Of a stretch of 64,000 bases of DNA, positions 36,252 through 45,526 are shown one piece after another. Position 1 is the first letter of the stretch; every line of letters begins with the position of its first letter. Origin of the DNA: a virus (Duplodnaviria > Caudoviricetes); IMG/VR virus record IMGVR_UViG_3300050034_000334; one strand, 5' to 3'. Under the pieces are notes generated by a model. The model worked only from the letters and a program-made list of their open reading frames with translations, was not told the origin of the DNA and made no database searches. The translations under genes were made by a program, and so were the position numbers.

Positions 36252-38924
36252 CTACTGTCCGTGTCTCCACAAGCCATAGGCTTCCATGGGATCGTCGACG
36301 ATTTCAACTTCGTCGGGATCGTCATCCAGAGTCAGGTCATATCTGCGACATTCCGGATTCATGCATTTGCGGACCCGCTTGTGATCAGGAGTGCCCGAGG
36401 GTTCCCACTCGAGCTTGTGTTCGCAGTCAGGGCAGTAATCGCAGTTGGGGCACTCACCTTCTGCCGTGTCTCCCTTGCAGTTTTCACACACATCACAGTT
36501 GGTGCAACGACCCTGCTCATCGAACTTCTTCTCACCGCAGTTTGCACACTCGCCTTCACTGTTGATGGCGGCCTGCTTTAGAAGTGGATGTTTCACGTTT
36601 GCCTCTTTCTTTGCTGATGCCATCGAAAGTTGTGTCCATCTCATCTGGTTGTAGTCATCATCTTGGCTGCTGCGCGGCACTTCTTTCTTCTTCACATGTA
36701 CGATCGAATCCGGATACATGTCTTGATACATACCAGCAACTTCTTCAGCCGTTCCAGGATTGGTAACAACCTTGTCTTCGGCTGGGAAGTCAGCATTCTG
36801 GAAGTGGACATGCCACTCACCCGGCTTGCCGTCAATGATGATGTGATCAACTGGTCCAGACTCTGCCTTCTTGGTGCTGGCGTTCATCTTGATTTTCACC
36901 ATGTCGAGTTCGCCGGTGATTGCACGACGTTCCGACATATCCAGCATCGGATCAGCTAACTCTCTTTCGAGGAATTTCTTCCGTCTCTTGAGTTCTTCTG
37001 GATCCATTTTCGAAACCTTCTTCTTCATTCTCCTGAACTGCTCAGGATTCACGTTGTCATTCCAATTCCACTGCAAACTGGGATGATTGACTCCTGTCTC
37101 ATCTTTCTTTTCGACAGGGTCCGCATGGACGACCGGATCGGCGATCTTGTGAGACTTGCCATTCTTCCGAACTTGGATGTCACTGGCAAACTTGACTGGA
37201 GCGGCATCGTGACTTGGCATGAACCCGCCACACTTTTCTCCACAGATGTCACAATCTCCTCTCTCGTCATGATCGTAGAATCCATGACCACAAATGCAAG
37301 AGGGATTGTCCTCGTTCCGCCAGGGAGCATCCTCGTTCATGGTTCTATGAGGGTGACCCTCTGGTAGCTTCTTGCGAGGCACATGATACTGTTCACCACT
37401 GGCATCTGTGAAGCCGGCAACATTCTCGTCGCTGATCATGGGATCGTATTCAGCTTCAGGATGCTTGGGATGGGATCCTGCCTGCTTGGCGTTCATGCGA
37501 TAGATCTCTTGAAGAGTGTCTTCATCCTGATCAGTGATGGGATACCGCTCTTCCACCGGAGTCTCCTCATCTTCCCATCTGTTCAGAAGTTTGTGCTTCG
37601 TAGCAAAGGGGTTCGACTCCCTCTTCTCAGAACGCTGACGCTGTGGCATCGGAGCCTGACACCAGTCACAATACTTGTTTTCTGGGTTGTTGGGATGCTC
37701 ACATTCCTCGCAGTAATTGGGGTCACCTGGACCCGGCTCCCAATTGGGATCGATGACGGCCTTCTTCGGAACGAACGCAGCGAAACGAGGTCCACCCTGT
37801 GGCTCTTGTACTCTTCGTTCCTCTTTCTTCTGCTCGTCTACATAGGCTGCATAGTCGGAGGGACGTTCCCACAGAGTCTTGTTGCAGTGCTGAAACTGTT
37901 CAGGAGTGGGAAGAGGAGCACCAGCGAACAGCCGATGTTGCAGCAACTTCTTAGACCCGAACATCTTCATGTCTTTGAGTTCCTGCTGGTCTGCATCACT
38001 GAAGGGATTGTCGTAGTTTGTTGCCTGCTGTTGAGGCTTAGGAAGCATCCTCTCCAGGTACTCAATGGCATCATCGATTGATCCCCAGTCGACATCAAGC
38101 TGATTTGCAAGATCCTTCTTGGCCTCGATCTCCTTCTTGATCTGCTGAAGGCGAGAGATGGTGATGGGGAGATACCGGGGATCGTCTGTACCAGCCTTCT
38201 TGAGACTGCCGTTCTTGGGTCCTTCGAATTCCCTCATCCCTGGATACATCTTCTGGAACTGCAACCAGGCTCTCTCCTCCGCTCCCTGGTACTGTCTTTG
38301 AGCATGGCTGACGCCCATGTACTCTGATCCCAGATTGTTCATTTCCCGAGACAAGAGGTTCATGTATGTGCGACGTTCTTCAGGACTCAACACGACCAGC
38401 TTCTTGCGATTGAAGATGCCGCCGGACTTGGTGCGAACCATCTCGTCTCGTGGAACAGACGTGGTCGTGAATGGCTTGGACTCTTTCCCGTGAGCGCGAT
38501 TCCAAAGCTCTGATTGAATCTTCTGGAACTCACGAAGTTCGTCCTGTCTGTACAGAAGCACTCCCCAGCGACGCTCTGCTCTCTTGTTGATCTCCTCGAG
38601 CCGTGCAAGCAGTTCTTCAGTCGTGCTGCTGGAAACCTGCTCGTGTTCAACATCCCGGTCCTTTGGTTCAAAATCGCGACTTGTCCAATTGACTCCTGCA
38701 GTCTTCTTCGGGCACTTGCAGTGTTCCTTCAGATAGTCGCATTCGGGGCAATAGGCTTTCTGCTCAGCCTCGTACTCCTTCTTGCATTTATCATTGCAGA
38801 AGTGGGGTCCACGCAGGGATTCGGAGTGGCTGTAGGTGGTGATGTGACGACCACACTGTTCACACTCAGCAGATCCTAGGATGGCTGCGGTCCGGCTGTT
38901 GTAACTTCTGAGAAGAGGATTCAT
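36252..38924 (-). CDS. Mosaic protein with many CxxC Zn-ribbons and charged helical segments
   Basis: At least 10 CxxC pairs; KxA motifs between segments. Confidence 0.75.
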   Translation of the reverse strand: MNPLLRSYNSRTAAILGSAECEQCGRHITTYSHSESLRGPHFCNDKCKKEYEAEQKAYCPECDYLKEHCKCPKKTAGVNWTSRDFEPKDRDVEHEQVSSSTTEELLARLEEINKRAERRWGVLLYRQDELREFQKIQSELWNRAHGKESKPFTTTSVPRDEMVRTKSGGIFNRKKLVVLSPEERRTYMNLLSREMNNLGSEYMGVSHAQRQYQGAEERAWLQFQKMYPGMREFEGPKNGSLKKAGTDDPRYLPITISRLQQIKKEIEAKKDLANQLDVDWGSIDDAIEYLERMLPKPQQQATNYDNPFSDADQQELKDMKMFGSKKLLQHRLFAGAPLPTPEQFQHCNKTLWERPSDYAAYVDEQKKEERRVQEPQGGPRFAAFVPKKAVIDPNWEPGPGDPNYCEECEHPNNPENKYCDWCQAPMPQRQRSEKRESNPFATKHKLLNRWEDEETPVEERYPITDQDEDTLQEIYRMNAKQAGSHPKHPEAEYDPMISDENVAGFTDASGEQYHVPRKKLPEGHPHRTMNEDAPWRNEDNPSCICGHGFYDHDERGDCDICGEKCGGFMPSHDAAPVKFASDIQVRKNGKSHKIADPVVHADPVEKKDETGVNHPSLQWNWNDNVNPEQFRRMKKKVSKMDPEELKRRKKFLERELADPMLDMSERRAITGELDMVKIKMNASTKKAESGPVDHIIIDGKPGEWHVHFQNADFPAEDKVVTNPGTAEEVAGMYQDMYPDSIVHVKKKEVPRSSQDDDYNQMRWTQLSMASAKKEANVKHPLLKQAAINSEGECANCGEKKFDEQGRCTNCDVCENCKGDTAEGECPNCDYCPDCEHKLEWEPSGTPDHKRVRKCMNPECRRYDLTLDDDPDEVEIVDDPMEAYGLWRHGQ

Positions 38925-38994
38925 CGAAACTCCCGAACACACGATGTTCTACAATGTATTTAGAAGTTGGAGCGGTGTGCGGTATTATGTAGAT

Positions 38995-39831
38995 ATGAGC
39001 GTAGATACCCTGAATTCCTTCATAGAAGAGCGGGAAGAGATTCGTGTGAGGAAGGAATCGGGCCAGCCATGGCCCTGGACTTCCAACGTGATTTTCTTGA
39101 CCTACAAGTTCTGTAACGTCTGTCGCGAGGATGATCGAACCACGCGGTGGATTGCCAAGAACTGGAGAGAACCACATGCTGACGACCCCGATCTTTGGTT
39201 TGCCCTGGTCATAGCTCGCCGCGTTCTCAACTGGCCCTGGAGCATGCAAGCTCTTGGATACCCGGTGCCCTGGGATTCAGCTTACTTCACCTCAGTCACC
39301 ACATCCCTGATGACCTCTGGCCAGAAATGCTACGACACAGCCTATCAGCTTCTCGTTCAAGGACAGAAGGGTGACAAGGCTGAGAACATGATCAAGCACA
39401 TCCTCAATCCTCTCTGGGAACATCGTGAACACATCCGACCCAGGCAGTACGATGAGTTGCGAACCTTCTTCAATCGACTCTCAGCCTTCAAGTACATGGG
39501 TCTGTTTTACACCGGCCAGGTCGTGGCTGATCTGAAGTATGCTCAACTGACGAATGCTCTAGACTGGGATTCGTTTGCTGTGCCAGGTCCTGGAAGCGAA
39601 CGCGGCCTCAATCGAGTTCTCGGCAAGCCCAAGGAGTGTGCTTGGACTGTCAAGGGTTGGACCGAAGCACTAGAAAATCTGAGACCTCAGATCAGAATGA
39701 AGATCCATGCTCAAGATCTCCAGAACTGCCTCTGTGAGTTCGACAAGTATGAGCGCATCAGACTGGGAGAAGGTCGGGTGCGTCCATATCACCCTGCTCC
39801 TCCTATGGTGACTGACGGGAGTTCGTCATGA
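38995..39831 (+). CDS. aGPT-pyrophosphorylase / 5hmdU-kinase-helical-domain-like DNA hypermodification protein
   Basis: FIEEREEIR..PWPWT..YKFCNV.REDDRTTRWI, QVVADL, PGPGSERGL, LQNCLCEFDKYER. Confidence 0.7.
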   Translation: MSVDTLNSFIEEREEIRVRKESGQPWPWTSNVIFLTYKFCNVCREDDRTTRWIAKNWREPHADDPDLWFALVIARRVLNWPWSMQALGYPVPWDSAYFTSVTTSLMTSGQKCYDTAYQLLVQGQKGDKAENMIKHILNPLWEHREHIRPRQYDELRTFFNRLSAFKYMGLFYTGQVVADLKYAQLTNALDWDSFAVPGPGSERGLNRVLGKPKECAWTVKGWTEALENLRPQIRMKIHAQDLQNCLCEFDKYERIRLGEGRVRPYHPAPPMVTDGSSS

Positions 39832-40097
39832 GTGAATCCCAGAAGACTATCTATCCCACTCTAATCGCTGCCTACGGTCGGAGATCAACGGTTACTGTCA
39901 AAGAGGCCATCTTTTTCCTCATTGATCGCAACTCTAGTGAACCCTTGCGTCCCACTGAGCTCTTGAGAGATCTCACTACCAGGTTTGTTCCACCGTACAC
40001 ATACAGCGAAGTTCAGGATGAGATTTCGAAACTGCTGGAGGAAAATGTCATTCTGCTAACCCCGAACCTCCGTGTTGTCAGACAGAAATCCTCTTAG
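39828..40097 (+). CDS. Small winged-helix-like protein
   Basis: ATGA overlap; LRPTELL..YSEVQDEISKLLEENVILLT. Confidence 0.5.
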   Translation: MSESQKTIYPTLIAAYGRRSTVTVKEAIFFLIDRNSSEPLRPTELLRDLTTRFVPPYTYSEVQDEISKLLEENVILLTPNLRVVRQKSS

Positions 40098-40528
40098 AAC
40101 CAAGCATCGTCACCAAAGTTATCAGCATTTCCGTTCATCCATGGCGGAGGGTCATCGATAAACAGAGGGAAGGGATTCTCCTGAAACTCCATCTGAACTC
40201 CCAGTGAAACTCCTACAATTGGCCTGACACTGATCAGAGTCACCATTGCCATCTTGTAAAGAACAAAAGGGAAGGGGATCTTGCCATCCATACGAATGTC
40301 GAATCCCTGTGTTGGATTGATGTAGAAGGCGCGCATCTGATCCCACTCCATGGTGATGCCCGCAAGAGGCTGAGTCAGGAGTAGAAACGAGTTCTCAGGT
40401 GCATTATCCTGACAGTTGCCAGGGTCTGGAACTCCAATGAGCAAGGTTGTATTATTGGCCGTAGTCGTCATGCTTTGAACGACCATGATCGGTCGATATC
40501 CTTCGAATTCTTTGACGGCTAAGAGCAT
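40094..40528 (-). CDS. Hypothetical protein
   Basis: AAAGGA SD before MLLAVKEF. Confidence 0.65.
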   Translation of the reverse strand: MLLAVKEFEGYRPIMVVQSMTTTANNTTLLIGVPDPGNCQDNAPENSFLLLTQPLAGITMEWDQMRAFYINPTQGFDIRMDGKIPFPFVLYKMAMVTLISVRPIVGVSLGVQMEFQENPFPLFIDDPPPWMNGNADNFGDDAWF

Positions 40529-40529
40529 G

Positions 40530-42011
40530 TTATCCTTTGTAGATGTTGACCTCATCCTGAGGATTGAAGCGACGAACCTGACCTGGCTCGCCCAGAAGTG
40601 CAACCTTGCCACCTTCCAAAGTCGCTTTCTTCACAGCCATGAAAGTACCTGACATGGCAAGAATATCGCCAGGCTGAATCATGTCAGCTGTCACCCAATG
40701 AAGTTCCTTTGATCGAGTTGAAGCATACAAACCCCAGTCAACAGTATGATTCAGCTTCTCTCCTCTGGGCACGTCGTTCTCTTCCAGTCCAGGACGGAGG
40801 ACTCTGTTGTCAGGACCAGTGGTGGTGAATTTCCATTCCTTGGTATCTGGGAAGGAGTACTGAATGTCCTCCACCATATCCTCAAGAGCTTCATCGATGT
40901 TCTCGCTAGCACCAGAGACCGATATTCGAATCCACTTCTTGCTTGGGTCACTGAAGACATACCCGCGATCAAGGCGGTCAAAGGAATATCCATGAGAGGG
41001 CAGTCCATTTGCACTGCAGAACTTCTCATGAAGACACATTATCTTGAGACCACGATCGTTCTTCGTATACATCCTGTACATGGGGAAGACGTATGGTCCG
41101 TTGTCAGGAGTCCAGAGCCACTTCATCTCAGGTGCGAGAGCCGTGGGTGTCTTGTATCCTTCGGGGATGTAGTAACTGGCCTTCTTGCTCATCGAACCGA
41201 GCTTGGGTGGCTCATTGATTCCCTTGACGATGCCGTGATCCCAGTTCTTCCCACAGTCGTTGCACTTGGCTGTCTCAAAGTCAGTCGGCATCAGGCTGTA
41301 ATCAGAGGATCCACAGTTGGGACACTTTGGTTTCTTTGTAGACTGTTTACGGGCACTGGGCTTGTTGAAATCTCCATAAGTATACTTGTGGCATGGACGC
41401 ATGTTCTTAACCTGAAGACGAACACCTTGCTCCGGAGTGATTTCTCCACCAGCACCCTGAACTTCAGGTTCCCAGAAAGTACCACCCCATCCACGCAGAA
41501 CTGTTCCGCCATCGACTGGGAAGGCCAGCAAGGGATAGTTTTCACTGAGATAGCTAGCAAGATTTCCTTCTATTTCTCCAACACGTTGAATCCAGCCTTC
41601 TCCAAGATCTGCAGTTGATATGGTGCGTAGTTTTGTGATCCATTGATTGATTTGTTCTATTGTACCATTCATTCCAGTGGAGATCATGGGATACTGATCT
41701 CCTCTAGGACCATGGTCTAGTGCTTTGCCAAAGTAGACTGCATACTCTTCTCCAGAAGCCGTCTTGTTGCCATCACGAACGGAGATCAGAGTGATGCCCT
41801 TTTCCCTGGCCTTGAACGGATCGACGATGTGGTCTTTCCAGCGCACCGTCCACAGGGCCTTCTCATCTGCCTTGGTGGGAGACTTGACGATGTCGACCAT
41901 GGGGCCAAACACATCCACCAACTGAAAGTTACGCTCTTGCTCAGTGGGGAGCAGACCGATGATTTCAGCATGATGCCAAGGATTGGCCGCCAGCAATAGC
42001 TTAGAGATCAT
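40530..42011 (-). CDS. Mosaic protein: novel repeat domain, Zn ribbon, H...D..RG domain, SH3-like tail
   Basis: MISKLLLAA start; KTASG and KKASY boundaries; CPNCG..CNDCG. Confidence 0.75.
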   Translation of the reverse strand: MISKLLLAANPWHHAEIIGLLPTEQERNFQLVDVFGPMVDIVKSPTKADEKALWTVRWKDHIVDPFKAREKGITLISVRDGNKTASGEEYAVYFGKALDHGPRGDQYPMISTGMNGTIEQINQWITKLRTISTADLGEGWIQRVGEIEGNLASYLSENYPLLAFPVDGGTVLRGWGGTFWEPEVQGAGGEITPEQGVRLQVKNMRPCHKYTYGDFNKPSARKQSTKKPKCPNCGSSDYSLMPTDFETAKCNDCGKNWDHGIVKGINEPPKLGSMSKKASYYIPEGYKTPTALAPEMKWLWTPDNGPYVFPMYRMYTKNDRGLKIMCLHEKFCSANGLPSHGYSFDRLDRGYVFSDPSKKWIRISVSGASENIDEALEDMVEDIQYSFPDTKEWKFTTTGPDNRVLRPGLEENDVPRGEKLNHTVDWGLYASTRSKELHWVTADMIQPGDILAMSGTFMAVKKATLEGGKVALLGEPGQVRRFNPQDEVNIYKG

Positions 42012-42012
42012 G

Positions 42013-42234
42013 TCAGTCCTTTTGTTCCTTCTGCTCTGCCCGCAAACCTGCGATCACTGGAAGCAGGACCTCTTGGATTTGATACATGAAGAAAGAAACC
42101 AGTTTCTGAGCACCAGGTTCAGCTATCTGTTCTTCAGTGACTGCATCCCAGATGTCCTCAATGACCAGATTATACCCTTGATCCTTGGTCACATCATTGT
42201 GCTGAAGAAAATCAACAAGTTCAGTGGTTTTCAT
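42013..42234 (-). CDS. Hypothetical protein
   Basis: GGAGG SD. Confidence 0.6.
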   Translation of the reverse strand: MKTTELVDFLQHNDVTKDQGYNLVIEDIWDAVTEEQIAEPGAQKLVSFFMYQIQEVLLPVIAGLRAEQKEQKD

Positions 42235-42255
42235 GCTAACCTCCACCTGTTGGAG

Positions 42256-42285
42256 TAACCGCTATTCGGATTTCTTCCGTAGAAT
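42256..42285 (+). promoter_or_regulatory. Phage promoter motif TAACCG-N18-TAGAAT
   Basis: ATG 42291 lies 5 nt downstream, no SD. Confidence 0.75.
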
Positions 42286-42290
42286 AAAGC

Positions 42291-43301
42291 ATGCCTCTGA
42301 TTTGCTATACTCCGAAGACGTTCAATGCTGACAAGCTGGATCTGATCGCCAAAGCCAATGTCATCTTGAACCAGTATGCATCAGACGGTTACGATCTCAC
42401 CTTGCGCCAGCTGTACTATCAGTTTGTGTCCAAGAACTACATCCCCAACTCAGTCAAGGAGTATGTCAAGCTCGGAGATCTCATCTCCGATGCCCGACTC
42501 GCTGGACTCGTGGACTGGTTCATGATTGTAGATCGCGGTCGTGGAATGGTCAAGAACAATCACTGGCAGAAACCCAGTCAGTTGGTCGAAGCGGCGGCGG
42601 ACCAATTCGCTACCGACAAGTGGGACAATCAAGCACACTATGTAGAAGTCTGGGTGGAGAAGGATAGCCTCCGTGGCATCATCGCCAGAGCTTGCCAGCC
42701 TCTCGATGTTCCACATTTCAGTTGCCGTGGATACAACTCTCAGTCGGAAATGTGGGTCGCTGCCCAGCGTCTACTGGTTGCCCGGGAGAAGGGCAAAGAG
42801 GTTCACATCATCCACCTTGGCGACCATGACCCAAGTGGAATCGACATGTCTCGGGATATGGAAGACCGGCTCACAATCTTCACTCGTGACCCAGTCCACA
42901 TTGATCGTATCGCGCTGAACATGAACCAGATTCAGCAGTACGATCCTCCTCCGAACCCGGCCAAGATCACCGACTCTCGCTATGAATCATATCGCAAGCA
43001 CTTCGGTGAGAGTTCCTGGGAACTGGACGCATTGGCTCCGGAGATCATCGTTGATCTCATCGAAACTGCTGTCAAGAAGTATCGCAATCAGGAACTCTGG
43101 GACAAAGCTGTCAAGGATGAGAAGCGTGGCAAAGACACACTTCGCTACATCCACCAGTATTTTCCAGAGGTTGTGAAGTTCATTCGTTCCGAGCGCGAGA
43201 AGGACGACTCTCCGGTCATCTGCCAAGGATGTGGAGCTACTCAGGCCAACCCTCGCTGCCTGTGCCATGACGAACCTCGACCCAAGTGGATTCTGGAGTA
43301 A
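42291..43301 (+). CDS. TOPRIM-domain protein (topo VI-A/Spo11-like architecture)
   Basis: LTLRQLYYQFV winged helix; VEVWVEKD, CRGY.S, HLGDHDPSGIDM, RIAL. Confidence 0.75.
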   Translation: MPLICYTPKTFNADKLDLIAKANVILNQYASDGYDLTLRQLYYQFVSKNYIPNSVKEYVKLGDLISDARLAGLVDWFMIVDRGRGMVKNNHWQKPSQLVEAAADQFATDKWDNQAHYVEVWVEKDSLRGIIARACQPLDVPHFSCRGYNSQSEMWVAAQRLLVAREKGKEVHIIHLGDHDPSGIDMSRDMEDRLTIFTRDPVHIDRIALNMNQIQQYDPPPNPAKITDSRYESYRKHFGESSWELDALAPEIIVDLIETAVKKYRNQELWDKAVKDEKRGKDTLRYIHQYFPEVVKFIRSEREKDDSPVICQGCGATQANPRCLCHDEPRPKWILE

Positions 43302-43302
43302 A

Positions 43303-43641
43303 ATGTCTACCCTCGATGCTTTGAAAGGTTTCTACGAGCAAGAAAAGGATCAGCCTCTCAAACTGATGTATCTGTCTGTTGGCAGCTTGAAGGGTTGGCT
43401 TGGAGCATTCATTGTACTTGCTCATGGACCTAACGATGCCGTACTGAAACTGACTCTAGACCACCCGGACATTCAGCCTGATCATATCCTGGGATCGCCA
43501 CTTTCAGACGATATGATTGTCTCTGAGTCCGATCGGAATAGACTTCTCACCAAGTCAGAAGTGGAAGCTATTTTCGGAAAGCTCGAACATCTGAGAACAA
43601 ACCTTTGTTGTGGCCATACTCGTGTAGTGGAGGATCAATGA
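43303..43641 (+). CDS. Hypothetical protein
   Basis: Follows previous stop by 1 nt. Confidence 0.6.
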   Translation: MSTLDALKGFYEQEKDQPLKLMYLSVGSLKGWLGAFIVLAHGPNDAVLKLTLDHPDIQPDHILGSPLSDDMIVSESDRNRLLTKSEVEAIFGKLEHLRTNLCCGHTRVVEDQ

Positions 43642-43850
43642 GCCTAGCACCGCAGAATCTCGTAGACAAGAAGTGGACCACAGAGATTTCTCTCACTCAA
43701 CCAGAGATGAGGGAACTACATGAGTCCGTGGACTTCTTGAAGACCATGCTCAAGGATGCACTAGAACAGGGTCCACTTGTCATTCATCCCACCGGCGCTG
43801 CAATCAAGTACATTGAACTTCTGACAAAATTCATGGATAAGAACTTCTAG
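43638..43850 (+). CDS. Hypothetical protein
   Basis: ATGA overlap, GGAGG SD. Confidence 0.6.
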   Translation: MSLAPQNLVDKKWTTEISLTQPEMRELHESVDFLKTMLKDALEQGPLVIHPTGAAIKYIELLTKFMDKNF

Positions 43851-43855
43851 ATTCC

Positions 43856-43885
43856 TAACCGTTTGAAACTCGCATCAGGTAGAGA
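43856..43885 (+). promoter_or_regulatory. Phage promoter motif TAACCG-N18-TAGAGA
   Basis: ATG 43892 lies 6 nt downstream. Confidence 0.75.
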
Positions 43886-43891
43886 GAAGGT

Positions 43892-44152
43892 ATGAGTCAA
43901 GCATATTCTCACGCCACTGTCGCCGCTGCCTTTGAGATCGCCGCCAAGACCACGACGATCGCCCTGACCAAACGGGCCTTCGAATTCGCCATCCTTCGCG
44001 ACAACCAGATGTACTCTTACGATGGCTGGTCTTTCATCCAGCACATGAACGAACTCTGGATCGAAGGAGAAGTTGACGGTCAGAAACGCTATCGCATGGC
44101 AGAGCACCTGGGATTCGGATGGGTGTCTGGTGCCAGTTTAGAGGTAGTGTAA
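43892..44152 (+). CDS. Hypothetical protein
   Basis: First of a translationally coupled run. Confidence 0.65.
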   Translation: MSQAYSHATVAAAFEIAAKTTTIALTKRAFEFAILRDNQMYSYDGWSFIQHMNELWIEGEVDGQKRYRMAEHLGFGWVSGASLEVV

Positions 44153-44343
44153 TGCTGACAGTCACGACCACCTACACCATCGTGCCAGTGAACTACGTCA
44201 TCAAGACTGAGTTTGTAAATCCTCCCATACCTGACCGCAGCAAAGACTGGTGCGCGTTCCCAGAAGGTCAGGAAGAAGCCGGTCCCTATGGATGGGGACG
44301 CACCGAAGAGGAAGCGATCGAGTCCTTCATGGAGAATCTATGA
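44152..44343 (+). CDS. Hypothetical protein
   Basis: TAATG overlap; DW.A..GPYGWGRTEEEAI. Confidence 0.65.
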   Translation: MLTVTTTYTIVPVNYVIKTEFVNPPIPDRSKDWCAFPEGQEEAGPYGWGRTEEEAIESFMENL

Positions 44344-44492
44344 ACGTCGCCGAATACCTCTCCGCTCGCGGCTGGAAACTCTACCGCACAAGGTTTGAAG
44401 GAAAACCGGCTCAGTGGTCCTCTCCCTACGAGAACAAGGTATACGATCAGAAAGAAGCATACAAGACCGAGAAAGCAAAGTGGGCCAAGTGA
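44340..44492 (+). CDS. Small hypothetical protein
   Basis: ATGA overlap. Confidence 0.55.
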   Translation: MNVAEYLSARGWKLYRTRFEGKPAQWSSPYENKVYDQKEAYKTEKAKWAK

Positions 44493-44761
44493 GCCAGTAC
44501 CTTACATTGCGCGATGTAGACGAGATGCCCATCTCGGATTTCGAAGTCTACAACGAATGGATGGAGGCAGTTCGGCACTTCGGTTACACGATTGCTCTCG
44601 CCAATGCCCGGCCTCGTATCGCGCTTCTGCTCAGCATGACTCCTGAGCGAGTTCAAGGTTTCATGGAGAAGTTCGACCTGGAACACAATCCTCCTCGCTT
44701 TCCAATAGGTTCTGAAGAAACAGAAGAAATGGAGCTTACAAATGAACAGCCACAATTTTGA
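44489..44761 (+). CDS. Hypothetical protein
   Basis: GTGA overlap. Confidence 0.55.
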   Translation: MSQYLTLRDVDEMPISDFEVYNEWMEAVRHFGYTIALANARPRIALLLSMTPERVQGFMEKFDLEHNPPRFPIGSEETEEMELTNEQPQF

Positions 44762-45145
44762 ACTGATCACGAAGTGCATCGAAACTCAGCGTCGTTGGAT
44801 GCACGCGGCAAGCAGGATCACGGAAGCTAACCCATCGACCGTCCAGCAATATGGGTTCGCCTCCGTTTGTACAAGAACATTTTGGAGGATTCTTCACTCT
44901 CATTTATGTTTCCTCATCTGCGCAACTACTAAGTTGACATGCTCATGGCTGTAGTCCAGCGTTCCATCGTCCTGCCAGAGCGTGTCTGCGATTGCTTTGG
45001 CTGTCTCATGGGCTTTCGGGGAATGGTCCCGCAGTACGTCGAGCGCGTGTTCAATCATGCGGTGACGCTTCATTTGCCGTCATCCTTGAGCATCATCCAA
45101 ACGACAAAGCCGAGAAACAGAAAGACAATCAGGGTATCCAATACT

Positions 45146-45526
45146 TCACTCATGCTCAGCCTCCGGTGTCTGCGCGGGCAACGCTATAGCAGCGTCGCGT
45201 AATTCCTTTGCTCCTCGCCATGCATCACAGCAAGCGCAATTATCTTCTGGACGGCATCCTTCCCATCCTCCCAGTTCTCCTGCTGCGTGCGCTGCTGATA
45301 AAGCCATCCTCAGCCGTTGGTTCTCAGCTTGAAGCCTTCCGTTTGCCAGTGCCGTTGCCTCGTACTCAGACTTGATGGACGCGAGTTGCGCCTCGGCCCG
45401 CGAGAGGTCATAGACCAGCATTTGTACTGTAGATGCGCCGCTACCCATTACGCCGCCTTCGCCGACAAGCGCCTGATTGTAAGTACCAACCAGGCGTTCC
45501 GCGATCTCCACGCCGTTAATTTTCAT
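45146..45526 (-). CDS. Coiled-coil hypothetical protein
   Basis: ATGA overlap with upstream gene. Confidence 0.6.
   Translation of the reverse strand: MKINGVEIAERLVGTYNQALVGEGGVMGSGASTVQMLVYDLSRAEAQLASIKSEYEATALANGRLQAENQRLRMALSAAHAAGELGGWEGCRPEDNCACCDAWRGAKELRDAAIALPAQTPEAEHE

Noticed and set aside
44742-45202. Intact genes in this interval
   Set aside because: Protein-like segments switch between frames with no consistent single ORF; possibly decayed, so not called.
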